In this document: positions 1 through 9,122 of the stretch, piece by piece
Layout: each line of letters starts with the position of its first letter
How positions within the stretch are numbered: the stretch's first letter is position 1
Assembly: GCA_025062195.1 (NCBI GenBank)
Contig: JANXAS010000005.1
Coordinates: 15,368 to 79,367, forward strand
Length of the DNA: 64,000 bases
Reading direction: 5' to 3'
DNA from: Armatimonadota bacterium
Lineage (GTDB): Bacteria; Armatimonadota; Fervidibacteria; Fervidibacterales; Thermosaccharophagaceae
The notes under the pieces: generated by a model
The model's input: only the letters and a program-made list of their open reading frames with translations
Database searches by the model: none
Told to the model about the DNA's origin: nothing
Program-made: the position numbers and the translations under genes

Positions 1-89
1 GTCTGGCAATTGCTACAAGCCTAAGCGGATATGAATGCTCCAGCGGCGTGCCCCTAAGAGATTGTCGGATTCATCCGGCGGTAGCTCAC

Positions 90-191
90 AAATCTGCTGA
101 ATGAATTTGGCGCTCGCTTGTTTCGTTGTCAACGGTTGGCTAACACCAGTGGCATGGGTGGATAAGCCAAATAGCATTTTGAGCAAAGAGC
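90..191 (+). repeat. Dispersed intergenic repeat, family R (partial copy A)
   Basis: GAATGAATTTGGCGCTCGCTTG...TCAACGGTTGGCTAACACCAGTGGCATG...TTTTGAGCAAAGAGC aligns by eye to 13809-13909, 46380-46478, 57559-57660 and the reverse complement of 50295-50426. Confidence 0.75.
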
Positions 192-222
192 AAAGTGCCT
201 ACATCACTTACATCCATCACTG

Positions 223-2640
223 TTAGTCTCTGCCGTTATTGCCACCGTCTCTTCTTTCGCCGGGCTGTTGCAATTTGCGCATCAACTCCGTCATTTCTGT
301 GAGGCGTTTTTCAACGAGTGAGTGCAAAGTGCCCTCAGGATAAGTTCCATCCGGCTGGCGCTCACCAGCTTCAATTCCCATGAGAATATTGACTCCGTCA
401 TCAATGCTTCTTATTGCCCAGATGTGAAATTGTCCCCTTTCAATTGCTTCAACGACATCCTCTCGGAGCATTAAGTTGTGCACATTTTGTGCCGGTATGA
501 TAACGCCTTGTTGTCCGGTCAACCCTTTAACCTTGCACACATCAAAGAAGCCTTCAACTTTGTAAGTGACGCCGCCAACTGGCTGTATCTCGCCGTGTTG
601 GTTGACTGAGCCGGTTACAGCTATACCTTGCTTTATTGGCACGCCGGAAATGCTTGATAGAAGTGCATACAACTCAGCTGCGCTTGCGCTGTCACCCTCA
701 ATCTCGTCATACAGCTGTTCAAATGTTAGCTGTGCGCCTATGCTCAACGGCTTATCCTGTGCATATTTACCCCTCAAGTAACCTGCGAGTATCATAACAG
801 CTTTTGAGTGTATCCTGCCGCTCATAGCCACCTCTCGCTCAATGTTGACTATCCCGCCTCGCCCAAGAAATGTGCGTGCCGTTATGCGAGTCGGCTTGCC
901 AAAGATGTGGTCTCCCAAGTCCAATATTGCAAGCCCATTTACAGTGCCCACTTTCTCGCCATCAACATCAACGAGCAAAGCGCCATCTTTGAACATTTCA
1001 AGCAGGCGCTCCTCAATCAGGTTAACCCTATAGATTCGCTTTTCAATTGCCATCTTGACATCCTCGGCAGTGACAAAATCGTGCCCATTGCGTGATGCCC
1101 AATAATTTGCCTCGCGCAATAAGTCGCATATGCTCGCAAAATGGGTTGAAAGTTTTCTCTGATCGCCAACGAGCCGGCAGCTGTATTCAATTACCTTCGC
1201 AACGGCTGTTTTGTCAAATGGCTTCAATTTCTCATCGGCACACCTTGATGCAATGAACATCGCATACTTACGCACATTCTCTTTCGTCTTCTCCATCACG
1301 ACATCAAAGTCGGCTTTGACCTTAAACAGCCCACGAAAGTCTTCATCAAAGGCTTGCAGCAGGTAATAAAGCCAAGGGCTGCCAACAAGCACCACTTTTA
1401 CATTTAGTGGTATTGGCTCTGGGTTCAAGCTGACGATACTTATCAACCTGAATGCCTCGCCTGGTTCTTCAAGCCGTATCTGCCTGTCATTTAATGCACG
1501 CTTTAGTGCATCCCACGAGAACGGGTTTGATAGCAGCGCCTTTGCATCAAGGATGAGGTAACCACCATTAGCTCTATGCAGTGCTCCCGGCTTTATCATC
1601 GTGAAGTGTGTTATAAATGCGCCCATCTCAAGCCTGTATTCAATTCGTCCAACCAGGTTGTAGTATGTTGGGTTTGTCTCAACTATGACGGGCGCCCCTT
1701 TAAGGCTCCCATTATCAACGAGCACATTCACCTTGTAGCGGTCAAATATTACGGCGGTGAGAGGATGAGCTTGTGTGCCTCCTTGTTGGGCTGTTGCACG
1801 AAATGCATCAACATTGTTTATTACATCCTCCTGAACCTGTTTGAGATAATCAACAACATCTTCATATTCGGCATACTTTTCCAACATGTCGCTTATAACA
1901 TGCCCAACTGCAAGCGCTGCCACCTTCTTGTCCAACTCTTCAAGCTGTTGGCGTGCCTCACGCTCTCGCTTACCAAGGTCACGCATTACAGCCTGTATCT
2001 CGCTGAGCAGCTCGCGCCTATGTTGCTCAATCTGCTCTTTGATGGGGTCTGGAAGCTGCATAAACTGCTCTGGCGTCATTATCGCATTGCCTATAAGTGG
2101 TGCAGGCATAGGACCTGCAGGAGTGCCAATTATCGCCATGCCCATTTCCCGTGCTCGTCTCTCAAGTGCTGTCACAACTTCATCTCGCTCCCTTTGAAGG
2201 GCATTTATCACCTCTTGGCGTTGCCGCTGATAATCCTCACTCTCAAACACCCTACTTATCTCGCGCTTGAGGTGCTCAATAAGTTTCTCCATATCTCGCT
2301 TAAGTTCATTCCCCATGCCAGCAGGTAACTTCAAAGCTCTTGGACGGTGCGGTTCCGAGAAGTTGTAGACATAGCACCAATCATCCGGCGTTGGTTTGCT
2401 CTTAGCCACCTCTTCAAGCATGCTTTTTATAAAGCTCATCTTGCCCGTCCCGGGCAGTCCGAGCGCAAAGATGTTGTAGCCGAAGCTTTCAATGTCAACG
2501 CCAAATTGCAATGCCTCGGTCGCCCTCGGCTGCCCAATAATCTCGCTCAATGAGGGCAACTCCATTGTTGTCTCAAAGTCAAATTCGCAAGGGTCACAGA
2601 CAGCTCTAACTTCGTGTGCACTTAACTTGTGTGCACTCAT
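223..2640 (-). CDS. Lon-family (S16) protease, LonC/AAA_32-like
   Basis: IIGQPRA, Walker A GLPGTGKMS, GALHRANGGYL, catalytic Ser in EGDSASAAE, Lys in GGVTYKVEGF; start moved from 2784 to ATG 2640 behind GGTGGAG. Confidence 0.9.
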   Translation of the reverse strand: MSAHKLSAHEVRAVCDPCEFDFETTMELPSLSEIIGQPRATEALQFGVDIESFGYNIFALGLPGTGKMSFIKSMLEEVAKSKPTPDDWCYVYNFSEPHRPRALKLPAGMGNELKRDMEKLIEHLKREISRVFESEDYQRQRQEVINALQRERDEVVTALERRAREMGMAIIGTPAGPMPAPLIGNAIMTPEQFMQLPDPIKEQIEQHRRELLSEIQAVMRDLGKREREARQQLEELDKKVAALAVGHVISDMLEKYAEYEDVVDYLKQVQEDVINNVDAFRATAQQGGTQAHPLTAVIFDRYKVNVLVDNGSLKGAPVIVETNPTYYNLVGRIEYRLEMGAFITHFTMIKPGALHRANGGYLILDAKALLSNPFSWDALKRALNDRQIRLEEPGEAFRLISIVSLNPEPIPLNVKVVLVGSPWLYYLLQAFDEDFRGLFKVKADFDVVMEKTKENVRKYAMFIASRCADEKLKPFDKTAVAKVIEYSCRLVGDQRKLSTHFASICDLLREANYWASRNGHDFVTAEDVKMAIEKRIYRVNLIEERLLEMFKDGALLVDVDGEKVGTVNGLAILDLGDHIFGKPTRITARTFLGRGGIVNIEREVAMSGRIHSKAVMILAGYLRGKYAQDKPLSIGAQLTFEQLYDEIEGDSASAAELYALLSSISGVPIKQGIAVTGSVNQHGEIQPVGGVTYKVEGFFDVCKVKGLTGQQGVIIPAQNVHNLMLREDVVEAIERGQFHIWAIRSIDDGVNILMGIEAGERQPDGTYPEGTLHSLVEKRLTEMTELMRKLQQPGERRDGGNNGRD

Positions 2641-2776
2641 ATTCTCCACCTCGTCCCCTGCTAAGTTCGTATGCTCGTCTGACGTGTAAGTTTGCCTCAA
2701 TGCCAAAAATGAGGATGGCTTGAAGACGGATGCAACCGTATGATAGTATCTGCCCAAGTTGTGTCCACCGCCAAAA

Positions 2777-2935
2777 ATGGTCATTGGCTAAAGCCACTAC
2801 AGATGGGTAGGGTAGGAACAGCTTCAGTAGCGAATGGAATGGGCGTGGCTAAAGATTTTACAGATAGACGGGACAAGGCAGGAGCAGCTTTAGTAGCAAA
2901 TGGGAATGGTCATGGCTAAAGCCACTCCCTACAGG
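2777..2935. repeat. Cluster of REP-like palindromes (GTAGGA..AGCTTYAG / GGCTAAAGCCACT..CTAC)
   Basis: Three GGCTAAAG units alternate with two G(T/C)AGGA(A/G)CAGCTT(C/T)AGTAGC(G/A)AATGG units, period about 65 bp. Confidence 0.7.
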
Positions 2936-3052
2936 TTCACACGGTTAGTGGAAGATTAACGCCGTTGAGTTGATAGTGATCTTTGATCTCTTGATTGCAA
3001 AGGCAAACAATAGATACTCCCACTTGCAGTGGGGGCAAAGCTTGAGCGATTC

Positions 3053-3253
3053 TTAAGCTCTTTCTCCGGTGCCCCTTCTTGCCTTTGGCAGGACGACCAT
3101 GCCCTTGTAATATCCACAAAATGTGCATGCGCAATGTGAGCGCATTGGCTTGCCACACTGAGGACATGATGAGAAGGTGGGTGTCTTGAGTTTCCAATGT
3201 GTCCTGCGCTTATCTCGTCTTGTCCTTGAGACCTTGCGCTTGGGAACCGCCAT
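3053..3253 (-). CDS. rpmF: 50S ribosomal protein L32 (Zn-ribbon form)
   Basis: MAVPKRKVSRTRRDKRR...CPQCG...HCACTFCGYYKG; lies downstream of yceD. Confidence 0.97.
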   Translation of the reverse strand: MAVPKRKVSRTRRDKRRTHWKLKTPTFSSCPQCGKPMRSHCACTFCGYYKGMVVLPKARRGTGERA

Positions 3254-3376
3254 CGCTTTCACCCCTGAGATTATTCATGTGCTAACACATTGAATGAAAG
3301 GCAGGTGCGGACAAAAGCCCACCACGAAAATATCGGGCGAATTTCATTCATCCCAACTACATCACTTGCAGCTTGC

Positions 3377-3904
3377 TCATTGCCCCTTGCCCCTCATCTT
3401 GGTGAGCAGCTCCTCAAGCTTAGCCCACCTTGGGTCTTTTGGTGGTTCGCAGCTGCATTGTCCTTCATTCAGGTCGGCACCGCAAACAGGGCATATGCCT
3501 TTGCAATCGGCGCTGCACAGTGGCTGCAGTGGCAAGGCGAGAATTAAGGCTTGCCTCGTTAGCTCTGTCACATCAACGGTTGACTCGTCAAAGATGGATG
3601 TCACTTCCTCATCAAGCCCTTCGTAGTTGCCCTCTGCCATCGCAAAGAAGTTCCTAACCTCGCACTCGGCTTCAAATTCAGTTTCCACCAAGCACTCGGT
3701 TGGCTTAAGGCATCTGCTGCAGCGCAATACGACAGTCCCACTAACTGTCCCATGAACGATTATCATTCGTCCATCGTTTCGTGCAGTGACATCGCCATTA
3801 ACCTCTACATCAACCCCCTCCCTGTCAAGGTAGATTACCTCATGGTATGACCTTGAGACGGAAGCGCTGGGGTGGCGAATTATCCTTCGCAGGTCAAGCC
3901 TCAT
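3377..3904 (-). CDS. yceD: DUF177/YceD family protein
   Basis: CSRCL and LCSADCKGICPVCGADLN...DPRWAKL motifs; conserved position upstream of rpmF. Confidence 0.92.
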   Translation of the reverse strand: MRLDLRRIIRHPSASVSRSYHEVIYLDREGVDVEVNGDVTARNDGRMIIVHGTVSGTVVLRCSRCLKPTECLVETEFEAECEVRNFFAMAEGNYEGLDEEVTSIFDESTVDVTELTRQALILALPLQPLCSADCKGICPVCGADLNEGQCSCEPPKDPRWAKLEELLTKMRGKGQ

Positions 3905-3976
3905 AACATATCACCAACTTGATAACACATCGTGAATTTACGCTAACGACATTATAGCGCTGCCTTTATCGCTTCA

Positions 3977-4141
3977 TCACTCAATGAGCTGTTCAAACTC
4001 GCTCTTCTCTGCACCGCATACTGGACAAACCCAATCATCCGGCAGTTCCTCAAATGGTGTTCCTGGAAGGATGCCATTCTCCATATCGCCAACTTCAGGG
4101 TCGTAGATATACCCACAGACTGTGCATCTCCATTTCGCCAT
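3977..4141 (-). CDS. Rubredoxin (54 aa, absent from the ORF track)
   Basis: Hand translation [54 protein letters not shown]; GGAGGTGA RBS upstream. Confidence 0.96.
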   Translation of the reverse strand: MAKWRCTVCGYIYDPEVGDMENGILPGTPFEELPDDWVCPVCGAEKSEFEQLIE

Positions 4142-4167
4142 CTTTTATCACCTCCCATTGTTGTATC

Positions 4168-4352
4168 GCTCTCTACTCAAAATTTTATTGGTTTGTAGCA
4201 AGGCACGGAGCAAAGCGTAGTGCCGTAAAAGCGAGTGTGTGGGCAAAGTGCAAGTGAAACGATAACATCGCACATTGCACCAATTTAACGCCACTTCGCT
4301 ATCGCTTTGTGGCTAACTACAAACCTAAACAACAAAGTTTGTAGTGAAGAGC
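4168..4352. repeat. Structured non-coding element (MITE-like or cis-RNA), copy 1
   Basis: Collinear with 58422-58589; imperfect terminal inverted repeats GCTCT...AGAGC; internal hairpins GGCAC/GTGCC and GTGCAA/TTGCAC. Confidence 0.8.
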
Positions 4353-4419
4353 TTTACATCATTTTAGAGCACGAAAGCTGCCGGCGGAAAGGAACACTAA
4401 CACCGCAAATGATGCAGCG

Positions 4420-4474
4420 GTAGAGGCAGGCGAAGCTTGCCCGCCATTTTGAGGCACATTTTATGCGCCCCTAC
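4420..4474. repeat. GTAG-type REP-like doublet hairpin
   Basis: GTAGAGGCAGGC...GCGCCCCTAC imperfect inverted repeat. Confidence 0.5.
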
Positions 4475-4640
4475 CACCGCTTGTTGCTCTCATTAGGGAA
4501 ACCATCCCTCACTGAACACACAGCGAAAAGCCCAACACTTCACAACAGGAAGCAGACTTAACTTTTTCAATCATTAGTGCAACACACTGCATTGCGGCGC
4601 ACTAGCGACAAACCATTAGTGCGACACACTGTATTTTGAC

Positions 4641-4736
4641 GCACTACAAACCATGAGTGCGAGGTGATGTGTGCACTACAAACCATCAGTGCGAGGTGAT
4701 GTGTGCACTACAAACCATCAGTGCGAGGTGATGTGT
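4641..4736 (+). repeat. 3 x 32-bp tandem repeat, each with a hairpin and an SD, abutting the pstS start
   Basis: GCACTACAAACCAT(C/G)AGTGCGAGGTGATGTGT at 4641, 4673 and 4705; two degenerate units further upstream (about 4569-4640). Confidence 0.95.
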
Positions 4737-5634
4737 GATGCGTAAAGCGCGACGGCAATTAGCCGTTCGCATATGGTGTCTGTGGGTGGGCTGTATAGGT
4801 GCTCTCACCATTTGGTTATATTCATCAGCCCTGTCTCAAAGGGAGAGCATCACCGTTAAAGGCTCTGATACGATGGTGATACTCAATCAGAGATGGGCGG
4901 AGGAATTCATGAAGAAGCACCCTAATGCAACCGTGCAAGTTACAGGTGGTGGCTCGGGGATTGGTATCGCTGCGTTGATAAACGGCACTACAGACATATG
5001 TGCGGCATCACGCCCAATGAAACCCAAGGAAATAGAAGCGTTGAAGGAACGCTATGGGGGTGAACCAGTAAAGTTTGAGGTGGCACTTGATGGCATAAGT
5101 ATTTATGTGCATCCGAAAAACAAGGTTAAGGTGCTCACGCTTGAACAGCTGCGTCGGATTTATACCGGCGAGGTGAACGACTGGAAGGAAGTTGGTGGTG
5201 CACCTGGCAGAATAGTCCGATACGGAAGGGAGAATACAAGTGGCACTTATGAGTTCCTAAAGGAACATGTGCTTAAGGGCGCTGACTTTACGGATGACTA
5301 TCAAGCCCTTCCTGGGACGGCAGCGGTTGTGAATGCTGTCTCAAAGGACAGGCTTGGAATAGGCTATGGTGGCATAGCCTATGTTAGAGGTGTAAGGGTG
5401 GTGTCTCTTCGCGAGGATGAAAAGTCACCAGCATACGCGCCGACCGAAGAGAATGTGCGTAAAGGTCTATACCCGCTATCGCGTCCGCTCTTCTTTTACA
5501 CCGCAAAGCCCCCCACCGGATTAATAAAGCAATTCATTGACTTTGCGCTCTCACCTGAGGGGCAAAAGTTAGTTATGGAAGTCGGCTTCATACCAATACG
5601 CCCAATCAAGGGTGCGCCTAAGCAGAAGAGGTAG
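4735..5634 (+). CDS. pstS: Phosphate ABC transporter substrate-binding protein
   Basis: Signal peptide; VKGSDTM, GGGSGIGIAAL, ASRPMK, RENTSGTYEF, YPLSRPLFFY. Confidence 0.93.
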   Translation: MMRKARRQLAVRIWCLWVGCIGALTIWLYSSALSQRESITVKGSDTMVILNQRWAEEFMKKHPNATVQVTGGGSGIGIAALINGTTDICAASRPMKPKEIEALKERYGGEPVKFEVALDGISIYVHPKNKVKVLTLEQLRRIYTGEVNDWKEVGGAPGRIVRYGRENTSGTYEFLKEHVLKGADFTDDYQALPGTAAVVNAVSKDRLGIGYGGIAYVRGVRVVSLREDEKSPAYAPTEENVRKGLYPLSRPLFFYTAKPPTGLIKQFIDFALSPEGQKLVMEVGFIPIRPIKGAPKQKR

Positions 5635-5908
5635 GGTGGGTGATAGCCTACCCATAATAACTCTCCATGGTAGCTTACATGGATATGTTGGCTCACAGGA
5701 GAGCAGGTTAAAGTCAAACTGTAAAATTGGCTCACAGATGTGCCTCCCTAATTAGCAACCTCATTGTCATTTCTCATTGGCTTTGCTTGAGGGCGCACAT
5801 ACTTGAGGGTTGGTTTTGAGCCAATAAGATTATCAGCGGGATGCATATACCAAATTACATTGTCAGGTGAAGTAATCGCTGCACTGTGCATAGGAAAATG
5901 GTTCTGCA

Positions 5909-7285
5909 TTATGCTATGTTGCGTTTTCGTTCATGTGATGGGCGAAGCAGTATTCTTATCGGTGTTGCATCAAGTGAGAAGCGCTCCCTTAATCGGTTCT
6001 CCAAATAGCGCATATAGGAGAAGTGCATTAGTTCAGGGTCGTTGACGAAGAGCACAAATGTTGGCGGCTTGACCTCGGGTTGAGTTGCATAGTAAACCTT
6101 GAGCCGTCTACCTTTAATCATTGGCGGTGGATGAGCAGCCAAGAACTCCTGCATCGCTCTGTTAAGGGCACCAGTCGTTACTCGGCTTAAAGTTTGCTCA
6201 TAACAATAAAGTGCCTTTTCAAGCACTCCGTCTATCCCCTCGCCTTTAACCGCCGATGTGAACTCAATCGGCGCATAATCAACAAACTTGAGTTGTTGGC
6301 GTATCAGCCTTTCATAATCTTGCCTGAGCAGTTTCTCCTGACGCCTTGCCTCCTTGCTCTCAAGTTCGTCTGCGCCAACACGCTCAAGTATCAAGTCCCA
6401 TTTGTTGATGACGATGACAACTGGTTTACCGCCCTCATGCGCATAGCCTGCTATCCTCGCATCTTGGTGTGTTGCGCCTTCAAGGGCATCAATGACAAGC
6501 AGCGCAACATCACCCCTGTCAATTGCGCTAAGTGCCCTCACCACACAGTAGTATTCAAGCCGCCGTTTTATCCTCGCTTTACGGCGCAGCCCGGCAGTGT
6601 CAATTAGCAACAACTTCCTTCCGCGCCATTCAAATGGCGTGTCAATGGCGTCCCTCGTCGTCCCGGGTATTGGGCTGACTATCGCCCTTTCCTCGCCGAG
6701 GATTGAATTCAGCAGCGCGGACTTGCCGACATTTGGTCGCCCGACAATGGCTATTCGCACTCTTTCGCCATCTTCATCCTCATCGTCAGGTGGTGGGAGG
6801 TGGGAAAGTATTGCCTCGCATAATGCATTTATGTTCTTCCCGTGGATTGCCGATATCCCAATTGGCTCACCAAGGCGCAATTCATAAAACTGCGTCAAAT
6901 CGGCACCGCCAGCATCCACCTTGTTTGCAGCAAATACGATTGGCTTGGCTTGCTTGCGCAAGCGCTGTGCTATCTCATGGTCAGTGGCTGTTGGTCCTTC
7001 AATAGCGTCAACAAGGAAGACGATAACATTGGCTTGCTCAATGGCATACTCAACTTGTTCAATCACCTTGCCGCCAATTGGGTCATCCTTCAAAGCCACT
7101 TCAAAGCCACCTGTATCTATCAAGATGCATTTCCTTCCAAGTATAGAGACATCTGCTGCAAGCCTGTCTCGTGTGACACCCGGAGTCTCGTCAACGACGG
7201 CAACGCGTCTTCCAACGAGCCTATTGAATAGCGAGGACTTGCCCACATTCGGTCTACCAACGATGGCGATGATGGGCTTTGGCAT
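5909..7285 (-). CDS. der: Ribosome biogenesis GTPase Der/EngA
   Basis: Two GRPNVGKS/DTxG/NKxD G-domains plus KH-like C-terminus (PPTFVLFVNDP); start placed at MPKP. Confidence 0.97.
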   Translation of the reverse strand: MPKPIIAIVGRPNVGKSSLFNRLVGRRVAVVDETPGVTRDRLAADVSILGRKCILIDTGGFEVALKDDPIGGKVIEQVEYAIEQANVIVFLVDAIEGPTATDHEIAQRLRKQAKPIVFAANKVDAGGADLTQFYELRLGEPIGISAIHGKNINALCEAILSHLPPPDDEDEDGERVRIAIVGRPNVGKSALLNSILGEERAIVSPIPGTTRDAIDTPFEWRGRKLLLIDTAGLRRKARIKRRLEYYCVVRALSAIDRGDVALLVIDALEGATHQDARIAGYAHEGGKPVVIVINKWDLILERVGADELESKEARRQEKLLRQDYERLIRQQLKFVDYAPIEFTSAVKGEGIDGVLEKALYCYEQTLSRVTTGALNRAMQEFLAAHPPPMIKGRRLKVYYATQPEVKPPTFVLFVNDPELMHFSYMRYLENRLRERFSLDATPIRILLRPSHERKRNIA

Positions 7286-7569
7286 CTGAACTTCACCCAT
7301 CGCATTAGTCTACCGACATGATGTGCTAATTGCATCAACAGCTGTTTGCGCTCCCAACGGAAAATGACACCCAACTAAATTGCATGGCGCATCTATTAGC
7401 ATGCCGATTTTTCATTCGCCATCGGTCCAACTGGAGCCGACTATTTAGTCACCACCAATCGTTAGTTCCGCCCGCTGTTTTTACTAACGCTGTGGGCGCG
7501 TCAAAATGAGCCGTTGAAATTTCTTGCCCAGCTGTTTCCCTCAAATTCGCTGTTATCCATGTTTGTGAG

Positions 7570-8508
7570 GTGAAAAGGGCAATGGGGCGCTCCTATGCCA
7601 TCCTTACAAGCATATGGTTAGCGTGCGTTTTAATTATTTCGTCTGCGCTTCATTTCATCCCCAGCGGTGGAACCGCAAGTGAGAGGCGCAATGAGCCTAT
7701 AAAAAGTTTTGTGGAGAAGCTTTCGGGCACAGTCGTAAAGTTTGAGATGGTTTATATCCCGGGAGGCACATATGAGATGCCCGACCCGTTAAATCCGGGG
7801 CGCTTGTTGAAGGTGGAGATCAAACCTTTCTGGCTGGGCAAGACGGAAGCAACATGGGATGAGTTTGATGTCTACATGTATCGGCTTGATAAAGCTGACC
7901 CGAAGGCTAAAGAGGCTGATGCTGTTGCGCGCCCAAGCCATCCATATGGTGCTCCTGACAGAGGCTTTGGGCATTTCGGTTACCCGGCGATGAGCCTCAC
8001 ATTTCATTCAGCGGAGCACTACTGCAAGTGGCTCTCAATTAAGACGGGAAGGAAATATCGCCTCCCTACCGAAGCTGAGTGGGAGTATGCTTGCAGAGCT
8101 AACACTCTGCCAGCAGGCAAGCTTGATAGGCAGTTGCTTGACCGTATAGCATGGCACAGGGATAATTCAGATGAGCAAACACACCCAGTGGCATCTAAGG
8201 AGCCAAACGCATGGGGCTTATATGACATGCTCGGCAATGTGGCAGAATGGTGCATCGGGATTGATGGTAAGCCAGTTGTCCGAGGCGGCTCTTACATTGA
8301 CCCACCAGAGAATGTCCACCCGCTCGCAAGAGCGTATCAAACGCCGGAGTGGCAACTCACCGACCCTCAGGAGCCGAAGAGTAAATGGTGGCTTACAGAC
8401 GCCCCGTTCGTTGGATTCAGAGTGGCGTGCGATGACAATGTGCATGCTACGGTAAACACTGCCGCCAAACGAAATTTGCTTCTGTTCGCAAGCGTTTGTG
8501 GCATGTGA
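7570..8508 (+). CDS. FGE-sulfatase (SUMF1/EgtB/PvdO-like) domain protein, secreted
   Basis: RLPTEAEWEYACRA, PNAWGLYDMLGNVAEW, RGGS, VGFRV; lacks the catalytic Cys pair of true FGE. Confidence 0.85.
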   Translation: MKRAMGRSYAILTSIWLACVLIISSALHFIPSGGTASERRNEPIKSFVEKLSGTVVKFEMVYIPGGTYEMPDPLNPGRLLKVEIKPFWLGKTEATWDEFDVYMYRLDKADPKAKEADAVARPSHPYGAPDRGFGHFGYPAMSLTFHSAEHYCKWLSIKTGRKYRLPTEAEWEYACRANTLPAGKLDRQLLDRIAWHRDNSDEQTHPVASKEPNAWGLYDMLGNVAEWCIGIDGKPVVRGGSYIDPPENVHPLARAYQTPEWQLTDPQEPKSKWWLTDAPFVGFRVACDDNVHATVNTAAKRNLLLFASVCGM

Positions 8509-8597
8509 GATTTGCAACCGTAAGTGGGACGACACCAGCGGTATTAGCCATCATAACTTGCCCATCGTTTAGCGCCCTTAATATTCTGCGCAGAGCC

Positions 8598-9023
8598 TCA
8601 CCATATGCGAGAGCATTCCATTGTCATTGTTTGCTTTACTGTGAGCCATAGCGGTTGATTTACGACCCCAGGAAGCCATAGTGCCTTGAACGGTATGCGC
8701 ACCGTTACGGATATTGGCTCTCCAGCCACCCTTGTGCCAGCTGGAGAGATTATTATCTGAGCTTGATCGGAGCCGGGTATGCGAGCAAGCCTTTGCTTGA
8801 CTACGGCTATAACTTCTTCATCGCTCTTGCAAACTGCGCCAACCCTTGCACCTTCTCTTGCAGCATTGTTGACTACTTGAAGGAAACCAAACAGCCTCCC
8901 GAAGACGACGATGCCCATGATGAGCAAGAAGAGCAGGACAAGCACGATAGCAAATTCAAGTGTTGCCTGAGAAAGCCTATCGCCAAGTTTTATGATTTGG
9001 CTTAGCCAACCATTTCGTCTCAT
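8598..9023 (-). CDS. tadE: TadE-like pseudopilin
   Basis: SQATLEFAIVL hydrophobic helix followed by NNAAREGARVGAV. Confidence 0.85.
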   Translation of the reverse strand: MRRNGWLSQIIKLGDRLSQATLEFAIVLVLLFLLIMGIVVFGRLFGFLQVVNNAAREGARVGAVCKSDEEVIAVVKQRLARIPGSDQAQIIISPAGTRVAGEPISVTVRIPFKALWLPGVVNQPLWLTVKQTMTMECSRIW

Positions 9024-9122
9024 TTAACCTCACCACTGCATCATTGGATTAGCGGAGTCGAAAACCTTGGGCAAGCAGTTTGTGGGCAGCTTCCAACAAG
9101 GACTTCGGCTTCAACCTTCCAA

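Noticed and set aside
4569-4736. CRISPR mini-array
   Set aside because: The would-be spacers are 12-18 bp and identical or mutually similar, they contain the SD, and no cas genes are present
7570-8508. True formylglycine-generating enzyme (also 29982-30914)
   Set aside because: The catalytic Cys pair after RGGS is missing in both proteins; fold-level call only
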